A program made the position numbers and the translations under genes. A DNA stretch of 63,166 bases, the filler included, from Circinaria calcarea (taxonomy: Eukaryota), in assembly GCA_051942165.1 (NCBI GenBank). It is 12 parts of 12 records of this genome, joined end to end, with 100 filler letters (N's around TTAATTAATTAA, not from the genome) between each part and the next. Parts side by side here need not be neighbours in the genome. Positions count along the whole stretch, not along the records: positions 21,130 to 26,303 come from JAVECS010002006.1; positions 26,404 to 31,574 come from JAVECS010002007.1; positions 31,675 to 36,842 come from JAVECS010002008.1; positions 36,943 to 42,110 come from JAVECS010002009.1; 8 more parts are not named here. One strand, 5' to 3'. The notes beneath the pieces were generated by a model. It was not told where the DNA came from and did not search any database. It saw nothing but the letters and a program-made list of their open reading frames with translations. The first letter of the stretch is position 1, and every line of letters starts with the position of its first letter. Below are positions 23,483-36,967 of this stretch, piece after piece.

Positions 23483-25855
23483 ATGGCGATGCGTATGTGC
23501 AATTCATTACCTTCCTGGTGGGAGTGGTTTGAGCTGACAGCAATGATATGGCAGAAATTGACATGTCAAATGGTATGACTCGAAAACTCGTTCACGAACT
23601 AAGGATCTTGCAGCTGAGATCGGCTATACAGCGCATGTGATGAAAGATGAACAAGGACGGCCTTTTATCGTGGTTAGGGAGTAAGTTAGATCACTGTAAA
23701 GTGGCCTTGGATTCAAAGAAAAGGTGAAATGCAACAGCCAATGAGTGGAGATGCTAATGATGGGACTCTCAAGCCAGGGAAAGAAAAAGAGACTACACGG
23801 AAACGATGCAGTGAAATCACATATCCTTGCTGCAAGAACGGTGGCCAATATAGTTCGGACGTCGCTGGTAGGATACGACTTGAAAGTACAGGAATTTGGT
23901 TTTGGTTTGAGCTGAGGCGGATCTAGGGACCTCGTGGCTTGGACAAAATCCTGATATCGCCAGACGGAGACATTACAGTAACGAATGACGGCGCAACGAT
24001 TCTATCCCAGGTTAGACGATTGGAGGTAGCTTTACAGGATCCATTCACTGACGAGGAGAATATCAGATGGACATATCAAATCACGTTGCAAAGTTACTGG
24101 TGGAGCTTTCGAAATCACAAGACGACGAAATAGGAGACGGAACCACAGGCGTAGTAGTACTAGCAGGAGCGCTGCTAGAACAGGCCGCGGACCTCATTGA
24201 CAAAGGCATACATCCCATACGGATAGCGGATGGCTACGATCAGGCGTGCGAGGTTGCCGTGGCAGAGCTAGATCGAATAAGTGACAAGGTAGAGTTTACC
24301 AAAGATCACAGGGAGAATTTGTTCGAGGTTGCCAAGACGAGTTTAGGAAGCAAGATGTATGTCTGAAAACCAGCCAAATATTGCAAGCTCACTGACAATG
24401 GACAGCGTCTCCAAAGCCCACGATCAATTCGCCCAAATTGCCGTGGACGCAGTTCTCTCGGTTGCCGATTTGGAACGAAAAGATGTAGATTTTGAGCTCA
24501 TCAAAGTTGATGGCAAGGTGGGAGGATCACTCGAAGATACCATACTCGTCAAGGGCGTCATAGTAGATAAAGACTTTTCTCATCCTCAAATGCCAGACCA
24601 AGTACGAGATGCCAAACTTGCCATTCTAACCTGCGCCTTTGAACCACCCAAACCGAAAACGAAGCATAAACTGGACATTACCACAGTTGAAGAATTCAAG
24701 AAACTGCAAGCATATGAAAAGAACAAGTTCACCGAGATGATTGAGCAAATCAAAGCTACCGGGGCGAACTTGGTTATCTGTCAATGGGGTTTTGATGACG
24801 AAGCGAATCATTTATTGCTACAGAACAAATTACCAGCAGTGAGATGGGTTGGGGGTCCGGAAATTGAACTTATCGCCATCGCAACAAACGGGAGAATAGT
24901 ACCTAGGTTCGAAGATCTAAGTGCAGTTAAGTTAGGAAAAGCTGGGATAGTTCGGGAGATGAGTTTTGGTACCACGAGAGAGAAGATGTTGGTCATTGAG
25001 GAATGTGCAAACACCCGAGCGGTGACGGTCTTCGTTCGAGGCAGTAACAAAATGGTAGACCTCCATTTGCTGGCTAATCAGACTCCTAAGCAGCACAAGC
25101 ATTAATAGGCTATTGCAGATCATCGATGAAGCTAAACGCTCCCTCCACGACGCCCTCTGCGTTGTCCGCAACCTAGTAAAGGACAATCGTGTTGTCTATG
25201 GTGGCGGCGCTGCAGAAATCGCGTGCTCCCTCGCAGTTGAAGAAGCAGCTAACAAAGTAACTACTTCCCTACAAGCTTTTCATATCCCTCTCAAACCATC
25301 CTTTCTCCTGCAGAAACACCAATGTTTCAGTTTTCCGATACTAATCAATCTCCTATTAACAGGATCCCGGTCTCCAACAATACGCCATGCGCTCGTTTGC
25401 CGACGCCCTCGACGCCATCCCAATGGCTCTAGCCGAGAACTCAGGTCTGAGTCCCATTGAAACACTCGCAACTATCAAGTCCAGACAGGTAACTGAGGGA
25501 AACTCGAGATTGGGCGTGGATTGTATGCAGACAGGGAGTAATGGTGAGCCTTCCTTTCCGTTCCTTTTCAAAATCTTGATGGGGTTCTGAGAAAAGACAT
25601 TCTGGCGCCTTTCTTGGGGGTTGAGACTTCTAGTGGCTGACTTGGGGGACACTACCTAGATATGAAAAAGCATTTCGTCATCGACCCCTTGATTGGGAAA
25701 AGGCAACAGTTGCTCCTGGCGACGCAGTTGTGTAGGATGGTCTTAAAAGTACGTGGCCCCTGATCACTTCCTGTCTCTCATTCTCCACCTACTAACATGT
25801 ATCGTGACAGGTCAACAACGTCATCATCGCTGGCAGCGACGAGAATGAATTCTAG
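23483..25855 (+). CDS. CCT5: T-complex protein 1 subunit epsilon (CCT5), multi-intron
   Basis: [96 protein letters not shown]; ends [14 protein letters not shown]. Confidence 0.97.
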
Positions 25856-26403
25856 GGTCTCCCTTTCCTCTTCGTCATGTAGAGTCGAGTATCGTGCATG
25901 CAGAAGAGCAGCTACGGGCGCCAAGTCGTCCAAAGAGCGGGCTAGGCTAAATGCCTAGATAGTATAGCATAGCATAGCAAAAGCATAGAAGCCTCCCATC
26001 CCCAGCCTGGAGTGATCCATTTGTTCGTTACTACAAGTATATAGGGCACCGAGAGCAGTCAGTAAGGCGTCTCATTATCTAGTTTGATGATAGAAACGGG
26101 TCTAAAGCGTTATTCCACCCTTGCTCTACTACTACTATTCCCACCTCCTCACTACGCCCTGCACGTTTGAACTAGCTCCCCCCTACAAAGTTGGACGTAA
26201 AGGGAAAAAAGTACCCTCCGTCCCCCCTCCCTCTCTCTCTGTTCTCTCGTCGTCTAAACCCCTAAATAACCTTGTCCTCCCGTACTTTTATCCTCCCTCC
26301 CCCNNNNNNNNNNNNNNNNNNNNNNNNNNNNNNNNNNNNNNNNNNNNTTAATTAATTAANNNNNNNNNNNNNNNNNNNNNNNNNNNNNNNNNNNNNNNNN
26401 NNN

Positions 26404-28136
26404 TGTTTGTGGATGCAGGAGTACTTTGTTTCTGAGGTTCCATGATCCTGAATTTGGCCCTCTGTTATCGGTTCCTGATCTGTAAATCGGGATAGGGCAA
26501 GGCAAGATACGTCCTTTAACCTCCAACATAGTATTCCTAACAGATAACCCGAATGCCTTTGGTGTTTCGAGCGTATGCCAGTGAAGCCGTTTAACATTAT
26601 CCATGATCTGTGAGCTACGAACAAAGGCAGGAGATGTTGCCTTTCTTTTTGTTAGTATTAAAGTCTTTGATACCTGAATTTGCTACTTACCCATTTGATG
26701 AAGTCTGCGGTCTCCGATCCTTGTAGCGGTTCTTTATATCGTTCACCGCCAGCCGAGAAACACAACTCCATTGGAAAAGCCCCATCCCTTGTGATAAGCA
26801 GTGGCAAGTCTGGATAACGAAGAGTGATGTTATATCTTCTTCGGAAGTAGTCGTAGACATTCGTCGTCAAGGATTCACCAGTCTCGCGGTTAAGTGCCTG
26901 GAATGTCAGTCCCCTTGCACCTTGGGAGTTTAGCTTCTGTATGCGCATCTTGTTGGAATTCCTCGATTCACTTAAATGGCGCACGTTAATGAACATTCCT
27001 ACCATTCTGTCAGAGGCCTGCATTACTGCACTAGACATTCCAGGATCGTTGAGGTCTTGGCGTGGTGATACTCCCACCAAAGCCCGAGCTAAGTCGACCA
27101 TATTAACACCAGGTACATAGAATGCGGACGCCACTGTGTCGACGTTAAGTGATAAATGGCCAAAGGTTACTTGAATAGCTTGGTGAATGCCTCTAATCGC
27201 CTCGAGGACACCGCCTGTACTAGCGAGTGGTAACGTCAGACTGGGACTGCGGTGGAAAAATGATGAGGTCTTTGGACGAGTAATCCACCGAGAGGCTGGA
27301 TCCTGGCGAAAAGTTGCATTGAGAAATTTCAAGGCATCCTCGACATTGGAATCAGCGTGCGACATCAGCCCTGCATCACCAGACTGAAGCCAGTTGACTA
27401 GAGCTCGTATGTCCACCGTTCCAGAGTTTCGTATGCTCAAACGAACTTGGTTGTTACGCTCTGTGGTATGACCGGGTAAATCAAGAATGGCATCGAGAGT
27501 TTGTGTAACGGGGCATAACTGATCTGTCGTCCAACCCAAAGATACGCCATCGAAAACGAAACGTTCACCTAATAGCTGCTTCGCTTCGATAAATACTTTG
27601 GCCTGCTGCATAGCAGATACCTTCTCCGATCCCCTTCGCTGTGACGAGGGAGGCACCGTCATTCGTATGTCAAATTGGTATATCTGACAGATGGAATCAG
27701 TCGTGCCATGATATGTAGAATCGTAGGAAAATACCTTGATGGTTGGGAGACTTTGCAGAGCGAAGTGATTCACAAGAAGATTGACAGGCTGACCCAATCT
27801 ACCTTGCGGATTAGGCATGCCTAGTTTCAACTTGCCGCCAGTCGAAGGTATCATGATTTCTGCTGGAAGATCTGGTAGCCTTTCGCTATTTGAGGTATTT
27901 GAGGAGTAGGTGCCTCTGCTACTGCTACTATGGGATCCTGGGCCACGGCCCTGACTTGGCCCACGTCCTTGATCGTATTGATCATACCGAGGGCCGCGAG
28001 GGTCGTAGGAGCCAGATCTGCTACGATCATATCGATAGGTATGATCGTCGCGTCGACTGCCAGTAGGTGATCTTTCACGGCTTAGTTCCCTGCTGAATTC
28101 TCGGCTTCTGGAGCGGTCATCTCGGTATCCTGACAT
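26404..28136 (-). CDS. Argonaute (N, L1, PAZ, L2; MID/PIWI off-contig) with RS/RD/RG-rich N-terminal extension
   Basis: VNLLVNHF..IYQFDI..FVFDG; LEAIRGIHQAI..LSLNVDTVASAFY; NVYDYFRRRYNITLRYPDLPL..FPMELC; ETADFIKW|ATSP..FGLSV..MLEVKGRILPCP..GSWNLRN. Introns 27684-27734 (in-frame) and 26641-26690; likely 5'UTR intron ~28161-28379. Confidence 0.93.
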
Positions 28137-28714
28137 CTTCGAGTAACGTGACACCGAGATCTAACATACAAGTCTTAGTAACAGTGCTATTGGTGTGCCA
28201 GGCTTGATCGAGACATATGAGAGATGAAACTGATGACAGGAACAGAAAACTCTTTGGCGATATAGCAAAGGTAGCTTGGCATGATGGAATGTGAGATGCC
28301 TACTTGCAGGAATTTTTTTACAGAGATGAAGATTGCTGGGGTGAGTCACAGAGGAAGATAATCTGGCAGACTGACTTACTCAATGACTTAAAAGTGAAGC
28401 GCGGTAGAGGTAGAAGCTAAGACAGGCAAGAAAGCGTCAGCATAGTCTATCTCGAATGGAACAGTGATGTAAACAGTGAGATGACATGAAGAAGGATGTG
28501 ACGACGAAGAAATTGCCTGAGCGCGTGTGGCGTACTTGGTTTTTGTGCCGTTGTGAAGCGTGATTGAAGGTGTGATCCAATCGTTCGATTCCACTACTGA
28601 CTATAGCCCAATGATGGCCAGTTGCTCGAGGGGTGACGGTTACGAGATAACAAGCGGATGCCGTGGCTTAACGAAGAGTGAAGAAGGTTTGATGGCGCAT
28701 GCGTTGAATGTCTA

Positions 28715-28819
28715 ACCGTTGAAGGTATAATCGTTGAAGGTGTGATTGTTTAAGGTAGAATCATTGCAGGTATGATTGTTGAAAGTATGATTGTTGAATG
28801 TGTGATCGTTGAAGGTATG
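28715..28819 (-). repeat. 15-bp tandem repeat x7 (consensus CAYACCTTCAACRAT = HTFN[D/N])
   Basis: Minus-strand units: cataccttcaacgat / cacacattcaacaat / catactttcaacaat / catacctgcaatgat / tctaccttaaacaat / cacaccttcaacgat / tataccttcaacggt. Confidence 0.9.
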
Positions 28820-31333
28820 ATCTGTCAGAATCTGAAATGAACTGTCATCAAGATGCTGAGGTACAACTGGTAGATCTTTGAGGAAGATTGGCCTACCAAC
28901 GGTGAAAAGGCAAGGCCTCGCTGACGCAGCAGGTGTGGATGAGGTGACGTGAGCTGAAGCTTGTGGCAGATTCAGAGGTAGTTGAACAGGTGACAACGTC
29001 CTAGAGGAAGTTGACTAACTGAAGACCAAGGAAACGGAGGTGGAAGTATGAGGTACAGACCGAGGTGACAGTCCAAGCAGAAGGAGGATGATGACTCTGT
29101 CTTCTTGAATTTGATTTGGATCCGTGCCCTTAGCGTCCTTTCTGCCGATAGTGATGACCTTGAGGCGAGCCCTATGATTCTCTTCTGTACTTTAGGCAGA
29201 ACCGTATCATCACCAGATAGATGTACATGCATACTGAAAGACGACGTAAGAGACATGACAGCAACTCCTGCTCGGGCACGCCCCCAGCTGTCACTTTCCA
29301 TGAGTAGCACATTCAACCTTCTCTTCCTTTGGCCCCAAGGCCTGCTCTGGTCCTGCCCTCCATCGTGGCAGATGGACGTCCCTATCTGAACTCTAGACAA
29401 TACGTCCTAGCAAAACTGCAACAAGATGGATAAAAGGCCACTGCGAACAGAAAAAAGAAGCATAGTTCTAGTTGTAAGATGACTTTTGCTGACAGAACTA
29501 TAAACAGACAGAATGGAAGAGATAACTCAACACAAGAAAGAGCATGGGATTCTGATATCGTTGGAATGGAAAGAAATAGTCAAAAGGCCCACGAATGATC
29601 GGGCCAGGAAGAGAGTCTGCTCATGCCGTAGCGCTTCCATCGCAACTAATAAATGGGCACCAGTTCGATCGCACATGGAGGAAGCCCAAACTATGGATCT
29701 TCGTGTTATGGGCATGTTGCCCTGGCTCATTGTTCAATACTGTCGTATCGACAATGGGCATTGAGGTTAAGAAGCGCTGATAGGTTGTACCGCAAGTCAG
29801 TAGGTCAATTCACACACGCAGGGGTAGGTATGAATTTCCGCCAAGGGGATTGCTTGTGCAACGCCAGGCGATTCACAATCTGTATACGAGAGCGACAACA
29901 CCCAGGAACAATTCACTCTCGCAACACTAAGAATTGCCGACTACATATATATTTCAACCAGCAATCTAGGGGCTGCTAACCCAGAGGTAAAACAATCATA
30001 CGAGCGCAACCCCATCATTACATACCCCCAGGAAGCGCCCTCTGCCGGCCCATTCAACACTCAAAGCCACCATTCGACTACCCTAATCGCATCCCCCCGG
30101 AATCACCTCCCCATTCGCACCCAATGTCTCGCATTGACCTCCCATCCAAAACTCTAACTCGCTTCCAGAATAAAGGCGAAACACCACTCCCCTCCCGAAC
30201 ACGGATCCCCATTCCACAAACCAGGGACTGAAGCCTACCCAAAGTACGGAAGGGGGAAAAGCTGGAAACCATAACGAATACGTACCACAAGCGCAACGGA
30301 TCGGGCAAAGGAGTATGCACCACGTACGGGGCCCTAACCAGCGGCTAGAAGTTTAAAAAAAAAAAAAACCGAAGGCTACTCCACCGCGCAGGAATCCACC
30401 CCTAACCTAGATATCATACAAGCAGCCTAGAAGTGTACGGGGTTATCCACAGTAAACCCCAAAGCACAAAAGGTTCTTACCAAGTACAGCTCCAGCCACC
30501 AAAATTTACCAGCGATCAAGAATTGGAAAACAGTTCACAGCCACCAAAGCTCCCTGTGGCCGGTAACACGGAGCCTGAATCAAAATTATCTTAACGTTCC
30601 CACCCCCCCCCGGTCAGTTTTTTTTCCTCAGGTATTATTATAAGCTGTGCTAGGGTAGTTTATTTATTTCATCTATCTCAACAAAATCATCCAACCAACC
30701 CAATATATTCCCAACCTCTCATCCCAAACCCCATGTGCTCTCTTTCCATTTCCATTCCTTTCCCTTCCACCATCCTACAAATCTACCTACGGCCCCTTGG
30801 GGAGCGGGGGGGGACATACCATCCCGCACTCCCTCCTTCCCAGCACACCATCCTGCTGCTGCTTACTGGGCCTCGAATCAGATGGTCGAAACCATCTCTC
30901 CCGGGCTGACAGCTACAGTCCCATAGGGGGGCCGGCTCTTTTATATCGAGAAAGCCATCCCAAAAAAAAAAAAACCTAATCGCTCCAATCGGAAAGAAAG
31001 TTGATGGTTAATGGGCAACTCACGGTTATTGATTGGACAGCATAGAATACAAGGGATAGATAGATTAAGGATACCCAATCGTGCCTTGGAATGGCGCAAT
31101 CTGATACCCCTTAGACTACGATGACAGTTTGGGTGAATGTGAACGGCAAAACGCATCTTTGCATGGAGGCTCAATAACAGTTCACTGAAGTTCATCAACC
31201 TGACAGGTCCGTCATGAAAAGCAAGCAAGCAAGCGATGGAAGATGACGAGTATCGTTAATCCATACATGGATAATAGGCAGACCAGATTGATTACTCCAA
31301 AACGGCTGTATTGACATGCCAAACATTTCCAAA

Positions 31334-31574
31334 TCACCACTCAAGCGGCTCCCCAATCTCCTCTCCCCTCCTCGTCTTCGGTACCGGTACCGCCTCAACC
31401 TTAACCGGCCCTTCCCTTTCTCCTCTCCTCAAATATCCACTGCCATCCAACCACGGCGTATCCCTCGTTCTCCTAGCCTCAAACTTCTTGATCTCTTCCT
31501 CCATCTGCATCGTCAAGCCGATATCATCCAGGCCGTTCACCAGACAATGTTTCCGAAATTCCTCCACCTCGAAG
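31334..31574 (-). CDS. LEU1: 3-isopropylmalate dehydratase, C-terminus (5'-truncated)
   Basis: [48 protein letters not shown]. Confidence 0.95.
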
Positions 31575-31674
31575 NNNNNNNNNNNNNNNNNNNNNNNNNN
31601 NNNNNNNNNNNNNNNNNNTTAATTAATTAANNNNNNNNNNNNNNNNNNNNNNNNNNNNNNNNNNNNNNNNNNNN

Positions 31675-32011
31675 CGCCCTCATGCGGCCGGGCCGTCTCG
31701 ACACGATCCTCTACGTCGGACCCCCGAACCTCGATGCGCGGCGGGAGATCCTCGAGATCCAGCTGCGCCAAACGGATACCGCGGACGATGTCGACGCGTC
31801 CTGGCTGGCGGAGGCCACGGACGGCTACTCGGGCGCCGAGTTGGTGAGTATCTGTCAGAAGGCAGGGTATGCGGCGCTGGCGGAGCAGGAGAGGTCCGGG
31901 AGCAGGCAGCAGGCAGCGCGGAGGCACTTTGAAATCGGGTTGGCGCAGGTGAGGAGAGGGATCACGCGCGAGATGAGGGAGAGGTATGAAGGGTTTGGGA
32001 GGAGGGGGTAA
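31675..32011 (+). CDS. AAA+ ATPase D2 C-terminus, AFG2/SPATA5-like (5'-truncated)
   Basis: ALMRPGRLDTILYVGPPNLDARREIL..LAEATDGYSGAELVSICQKAG..HFE..VRRGIT. Confidence 0.8.
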
Positions 32012-32481
32012 GGGTTAAGGGGTAGGGGGGAAAGAATAGGGGTTTTCCCCTTTTCAGCGAACAAAAGGAAAAGTCGGACGATGAAGGTTTTTGAGGGCAT
32101 CCGGGATCTGGGATCCGATTAATTTTGCTTGCTCTACTGGTAGATTTGGGTGGAACTGGTAGAGTTAGGTACAAATAGTGACCCTTGGAGAATGGCCATC
32201 ACCACGAATAAAACCAACCCGTAGGGCCCTTTTAAACGTTCAAGGGCACCTATGATACCCTGATAGCCACGTCGTCATTCTTACGCAGAATGCCAGTGCT
32301 CCGCCGCCAGCCGCAAAAGAAATGGGATCAGTGTAGTCATTCTGCATCATCAATCTTCGGATCCGAACAAAAAGATAATCATAGAGTCATTCTCCATTGT
32401 TAAATCTTTAGCCGACCGGATTCCGTCTCCGCCTCCATTCTAGACGATCCGACGACTTGCTCCTTTATCGTATCCGAGTGG

Positions 32482-34768
32482 TCAGAAATCTTTCATGTCC
32501 TTTCTTCCTCCGCTTTCAACAATTCTCCATCCATCTTCAACTCGGCCATACTCCACATTCGTTTCCATACCCGACCATCCCGTGCCTTGCTCTTCTGCGT
32601 GTCCGAATACCAATTCGAGGTGGCCTTCTTGCTTGGCGCCGTTCGACTCCGCCGCAAGAATTCTGACCGGGGTCCGAAAGGTCTTGACGCCGACGATACC
32701 CGCACAGGTGTTTTGGAGGTGGGTCGTCGGTGAGGAGTTCATTGCCAAAGCCACAACCTCGGCGGTGGAATCCCACGCGGTGCTGCTGATGCCGGAGATG
32801 AGCGAGTAGAGAATGTGGGAAGAGGCAATGATGCAGTAAACCAGCATGACAACAAGTGCTAATTTAGGCGCCGTATCTTGGATGTTGTACGACCACCCGT
32901 CAAGGGAGTGTTCGATCGTGAATACGAGGCAGCCGTCGCATGGTTCTTCGTCTTAGGGAAGTGCTTCGTCATGTTAGTATAGAGGATTGCTAGATCATTT
33001 TGGCTAGGAGCTCAAGATACCTTGCCAGCCAAGGTCAACACCATTTCTTCCTAAACCACTGGAAAATATCATGCCCATTATTTTTGCTATACCAGCCTCG
33101 CTGAAATGAGTCGGGGACGTTGATAGAAGTTCATTGAATACCGTTGTGTTTGCTCCATCCAAGGCCGGAATTACCGGGTTGAGAAACTCTACCTACTGTG
33201 GTGAGACGTTGATCCGTCGTTGCGGATATTGGAACCCGGAGATGTTCGCAAAATTCGGATCACTTTGTTTCTCGGTTTCTCCATTCTCAAAAGTGTAGAG
33301 CGGCCACGATGTTGGGTTACCGATAATGGTACTGTAGAAAGCTCCTACATCCAAGGATTCGGTCTTAACAGTAGAGGTTCCCCATCCTGCTCCCAGAGTA
33401 CAAGTTGTAATGTTCTGAGATAAGTCAGGCGATGCTCCTCGAGGGTTGAGAATTACAGCTCCAATCACAGTGTCATTGTAGACATCCCGAGGTAAATCTA
33501 CCCATTTCAACCGGTATTCCGACGTATTACCAGGAGTCTCAAGGATTTGCGATTTTGTTAACCCAGGAAGCGGCATAATTATCCGCGGGTTCTTAAGTTC
33601 AGACTCCGTTATTGATATTTGAGCGAACTGGATCAAGCTGTTGTTGTCTTGTCATCAATAAAGTCATTTACACAACTGACAATAGTATAAGGTTGGTAAT
33701 AGTCCTTCCGTACTTCATGATAGCTGTCTTCGAAGTCAGAATGAACATCTTGAAACCAAGTCCAGAATCGGTTCCTATTCCATTCAAGATGAACCCTTGA
33801 GGTGAGCTTGCACAAAACTGGTATTGAGCACTACTGGTGCAGAGCAGAGATTGGGTGACCCTTTTACTCCCCTTAAGATTGCCATTATCAGATAGGAAGT
33901 ATATCTTGTTGTTATGTAGAGTACTCTCAAATTCTGCGATGCCGTTATTTGTTCCATAAGTACTGAGCGCGTTAAAAAATGCCGGCCAATCAAGCCAAGG
34001 GCATGGCAAATCGGCTAATGTCCCGCTCACGAGTGCACAGTTTTTCGGGACTCGCGTACCATCCAGTTTATCTGGCCATATATCCTGAAATGTACCATTC
34101 ACAGATAATCGTGTAGGGTTCAATGGCCATTTCCATTTGCGTGGGATTAATAATGTGGCACTGGAAGGACAGGCCGTAGCGGCGACTATGATGCGAGGTA
34201 TCATAACAGCTAAAAGGGCCAACTTTCATTTCCATTTGAAATTCGCTGATGACGACGATAGTGCAGACCAAAGCTCTGTCGACCATAAGTAGCTGACTTG
34301 GGAAAACTGTAGACCCCCGAGAAAGGCGCCAAATGGGATTCCGTTACCGAGGGAAACTTCGTGCCGGACGTAAGACAGCACTACTGTGGCCAGTGAAGCT
34401 AGTAGAGAGAGCTCATGGGCTTTAGCAGCGAATTGGAAGGCGCTCTGTTTGCTGAATCTCGCTCCGATAAAATGACCTTTCAGATTCAAAATGATCTCAG
34501 TTAGAGCTACTCCCATCGGTATGACGTGGATGAAGGTTCTCAAAAGGGCAGTTACACGACTTCGACGGAGCGTAACCTTTGTCGGTTCTGAAAAGTCCTT
34601 CCTGAAAATGCCGTGGTAGGTACTGATGACGATTCCAAGGCCGATTGCCCGGAGGAACAAGCTGGTCTCATGGCATACGCGTGACCAACCGCATGGCAAT
34701 CGTGGAAGTGGTTTGGCTTGAAGCAGCGAGCCACTTCTATGTGTGTTAGGGTTCATCAGTTCATCCAC
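32482..34768 (-). pseudogene. Pseudogene of a multi-pass fungal membrane protein family of unknown function
   Basis: Family-like blocks (FQFAAKAHE..ASL..GIPFG..LQFSQVSYLWS; PSSATLLIPR; CTLGAGWG; SSTAWDS.AEVVALAMNS.P..LQNTCAGI) are spread over several frames. In-frame TGA at 34226-34228, TAG at 33193-33195 (SPQ*VEFLNP), frameshifts ~33750 and ~33635. Confidence 0.75.
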
Positions 34769-36343
34769 ATGGGTGCTGCTGTTATAAGCTAGGAAATGCC
34801 ATATTTGGGAGCTTCACATACTTGTTGGTATCTTTTCTACTGAGCGAGGCATATGGCGTCGATGGTTGCTTCATGTTCGAAGTGATGGCAGCTCTTATTT
34901 ATATGAATATATGCTGCGTCGAGGCTTTAGACTGAGCGTAGCTAGGGATCCTCTCTCGACGGGTTTGAACCTGTTTCTTGAGAAAGTGAGGGAAAACCTA
35001 CTCCTTTATGATTCGATTATTGCAGAGCAGGGACGGCATGCCTTCCAATCAGCATAGTACCAGTCCCCCTTTTCAAAGGTTGCACATAGTGTGATGCTTT
35101 GCCATTGCTATACATCCTGCCCCCAACCATTCATGTCATGCACACTACACATGCAGATAGGCTGCGGGGGCTGAGCACACGTTATATGCAGACATAAAGG
35201 AAAGAGTATTGTTAGGAAAATCGGTTCAACGCTGAACGTAAATTGAAATATGATATTATTAGCAGAGTAGACATCAACGTAAGTCGGAACAAATAGGGCT
35301 TTATAAAAGTGTACTCATATCATGAGATACAGAATGGAGCAGAGAACAACTCCAGGCAAGGCGTTTGAGTTTACCTCGATTGGTCTCCTTCAACTTCTAG
35401 CAGATGGATTGGTTTAGCTGCATTTGCTGCTCGTGGCAAAGATCAGCAGCGTGCTAGATAGTTATGAGCAGACTGCTCCCTGTCTTGCACAGCTACCAAG
35501 CTGCACCCACAAATCGTGCAGCGAAACATTGTGCATCATGTCCACTTTTTAGAACTTCTTGAGACAGTCTTGCCCACCCTGTCATATATTCAGAGCCAGT
35601 GATGATTGATGGCAGGCAGAGCTGAGGGCTGGTAGTACCAAAGGGTCTACGCCTCTGTGACTTGAAACACGTCTCTCCGAGTCAATCCGATAGTAGGCAG
35701 AGCAACGAGGTCGGCTCAGCCCCAGAAAAAGGATCAACAAGGTTCTCGAGGCTATTTTGAGGTATAAGGCTATGTACATATTTTCTTCTGGACTCGTCCG
35801 GAGTCTTCTATTTCAGATCGATAAGCGATAGCACTAAGCCCCATTCGGCTATAATGATCTGGAACGCAGGGTTGGGGCTTTACTACTACTGTATACATAA
35901 ATGTTGGCGCTGGGACCCCTTTGGGCTTTTTGCATGTATATCTCGGGGGGAAACGAACCTGTTGTCGATACACATCATCCTATCGACCTGCAACAAAGGA
36001 AGAAAGACCTCGATTAAGCTTAGCGTGATATGGGGGTTTCCGGAGCAAAAGTAAAGAAACATCTATGTTTGTTTGACATGCAGAAAAGATACCAGATAAT
36101 GCCGCAATCGTGCACTTGGAAATGCACAAAGCCAGGTCAAAGAGGAACACGCTGGGCAGACGAGGCTCCCTTCCATCTTCCTGTAACACCGGCCGCTCTG
36201 GAGACGCCTGTTTCGTTGCACGACCCATGCCCAAGCCACCGGTGCGATCCTTTCAGGTTTATGACATGCAAAAGCCGAATTACCCCAATTTCCCCCCATG
36301 CTGGCTCATCCCCTCTCGTGTACTTCTTTCCGCCAACATCATT

Positions 36344-36842
<499 letters not shown>

Positions 36843-36967
36843 NNNNNNNNNNNNNNNNNNNNNNNNNNNNNNNNNNNNNNNNNNNNTTAATTAATTAANN
36901 NNNNNNNNNNNNNNNNNNNNNNNNNNNNNNNNNNNNNNNNNNAGCCAGTAGAATGCCCTCATCTTAC

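Noticed and set aside
21894..28136. Apparent RNAi/heterochromatin cluster (HP1 near Argonaute, plus SET protein and H1 later in the window)
   Set aside because: The genes lie on different contigs separated by artificial spacers; order reflects contig length only.
34226..34228. In-frame TGA as selenocysteine or programmed readthrough
   Set aside because: The same gene has a TAG and frameshifts; simple decay explains it, and Dikarya are not known to use Sec.
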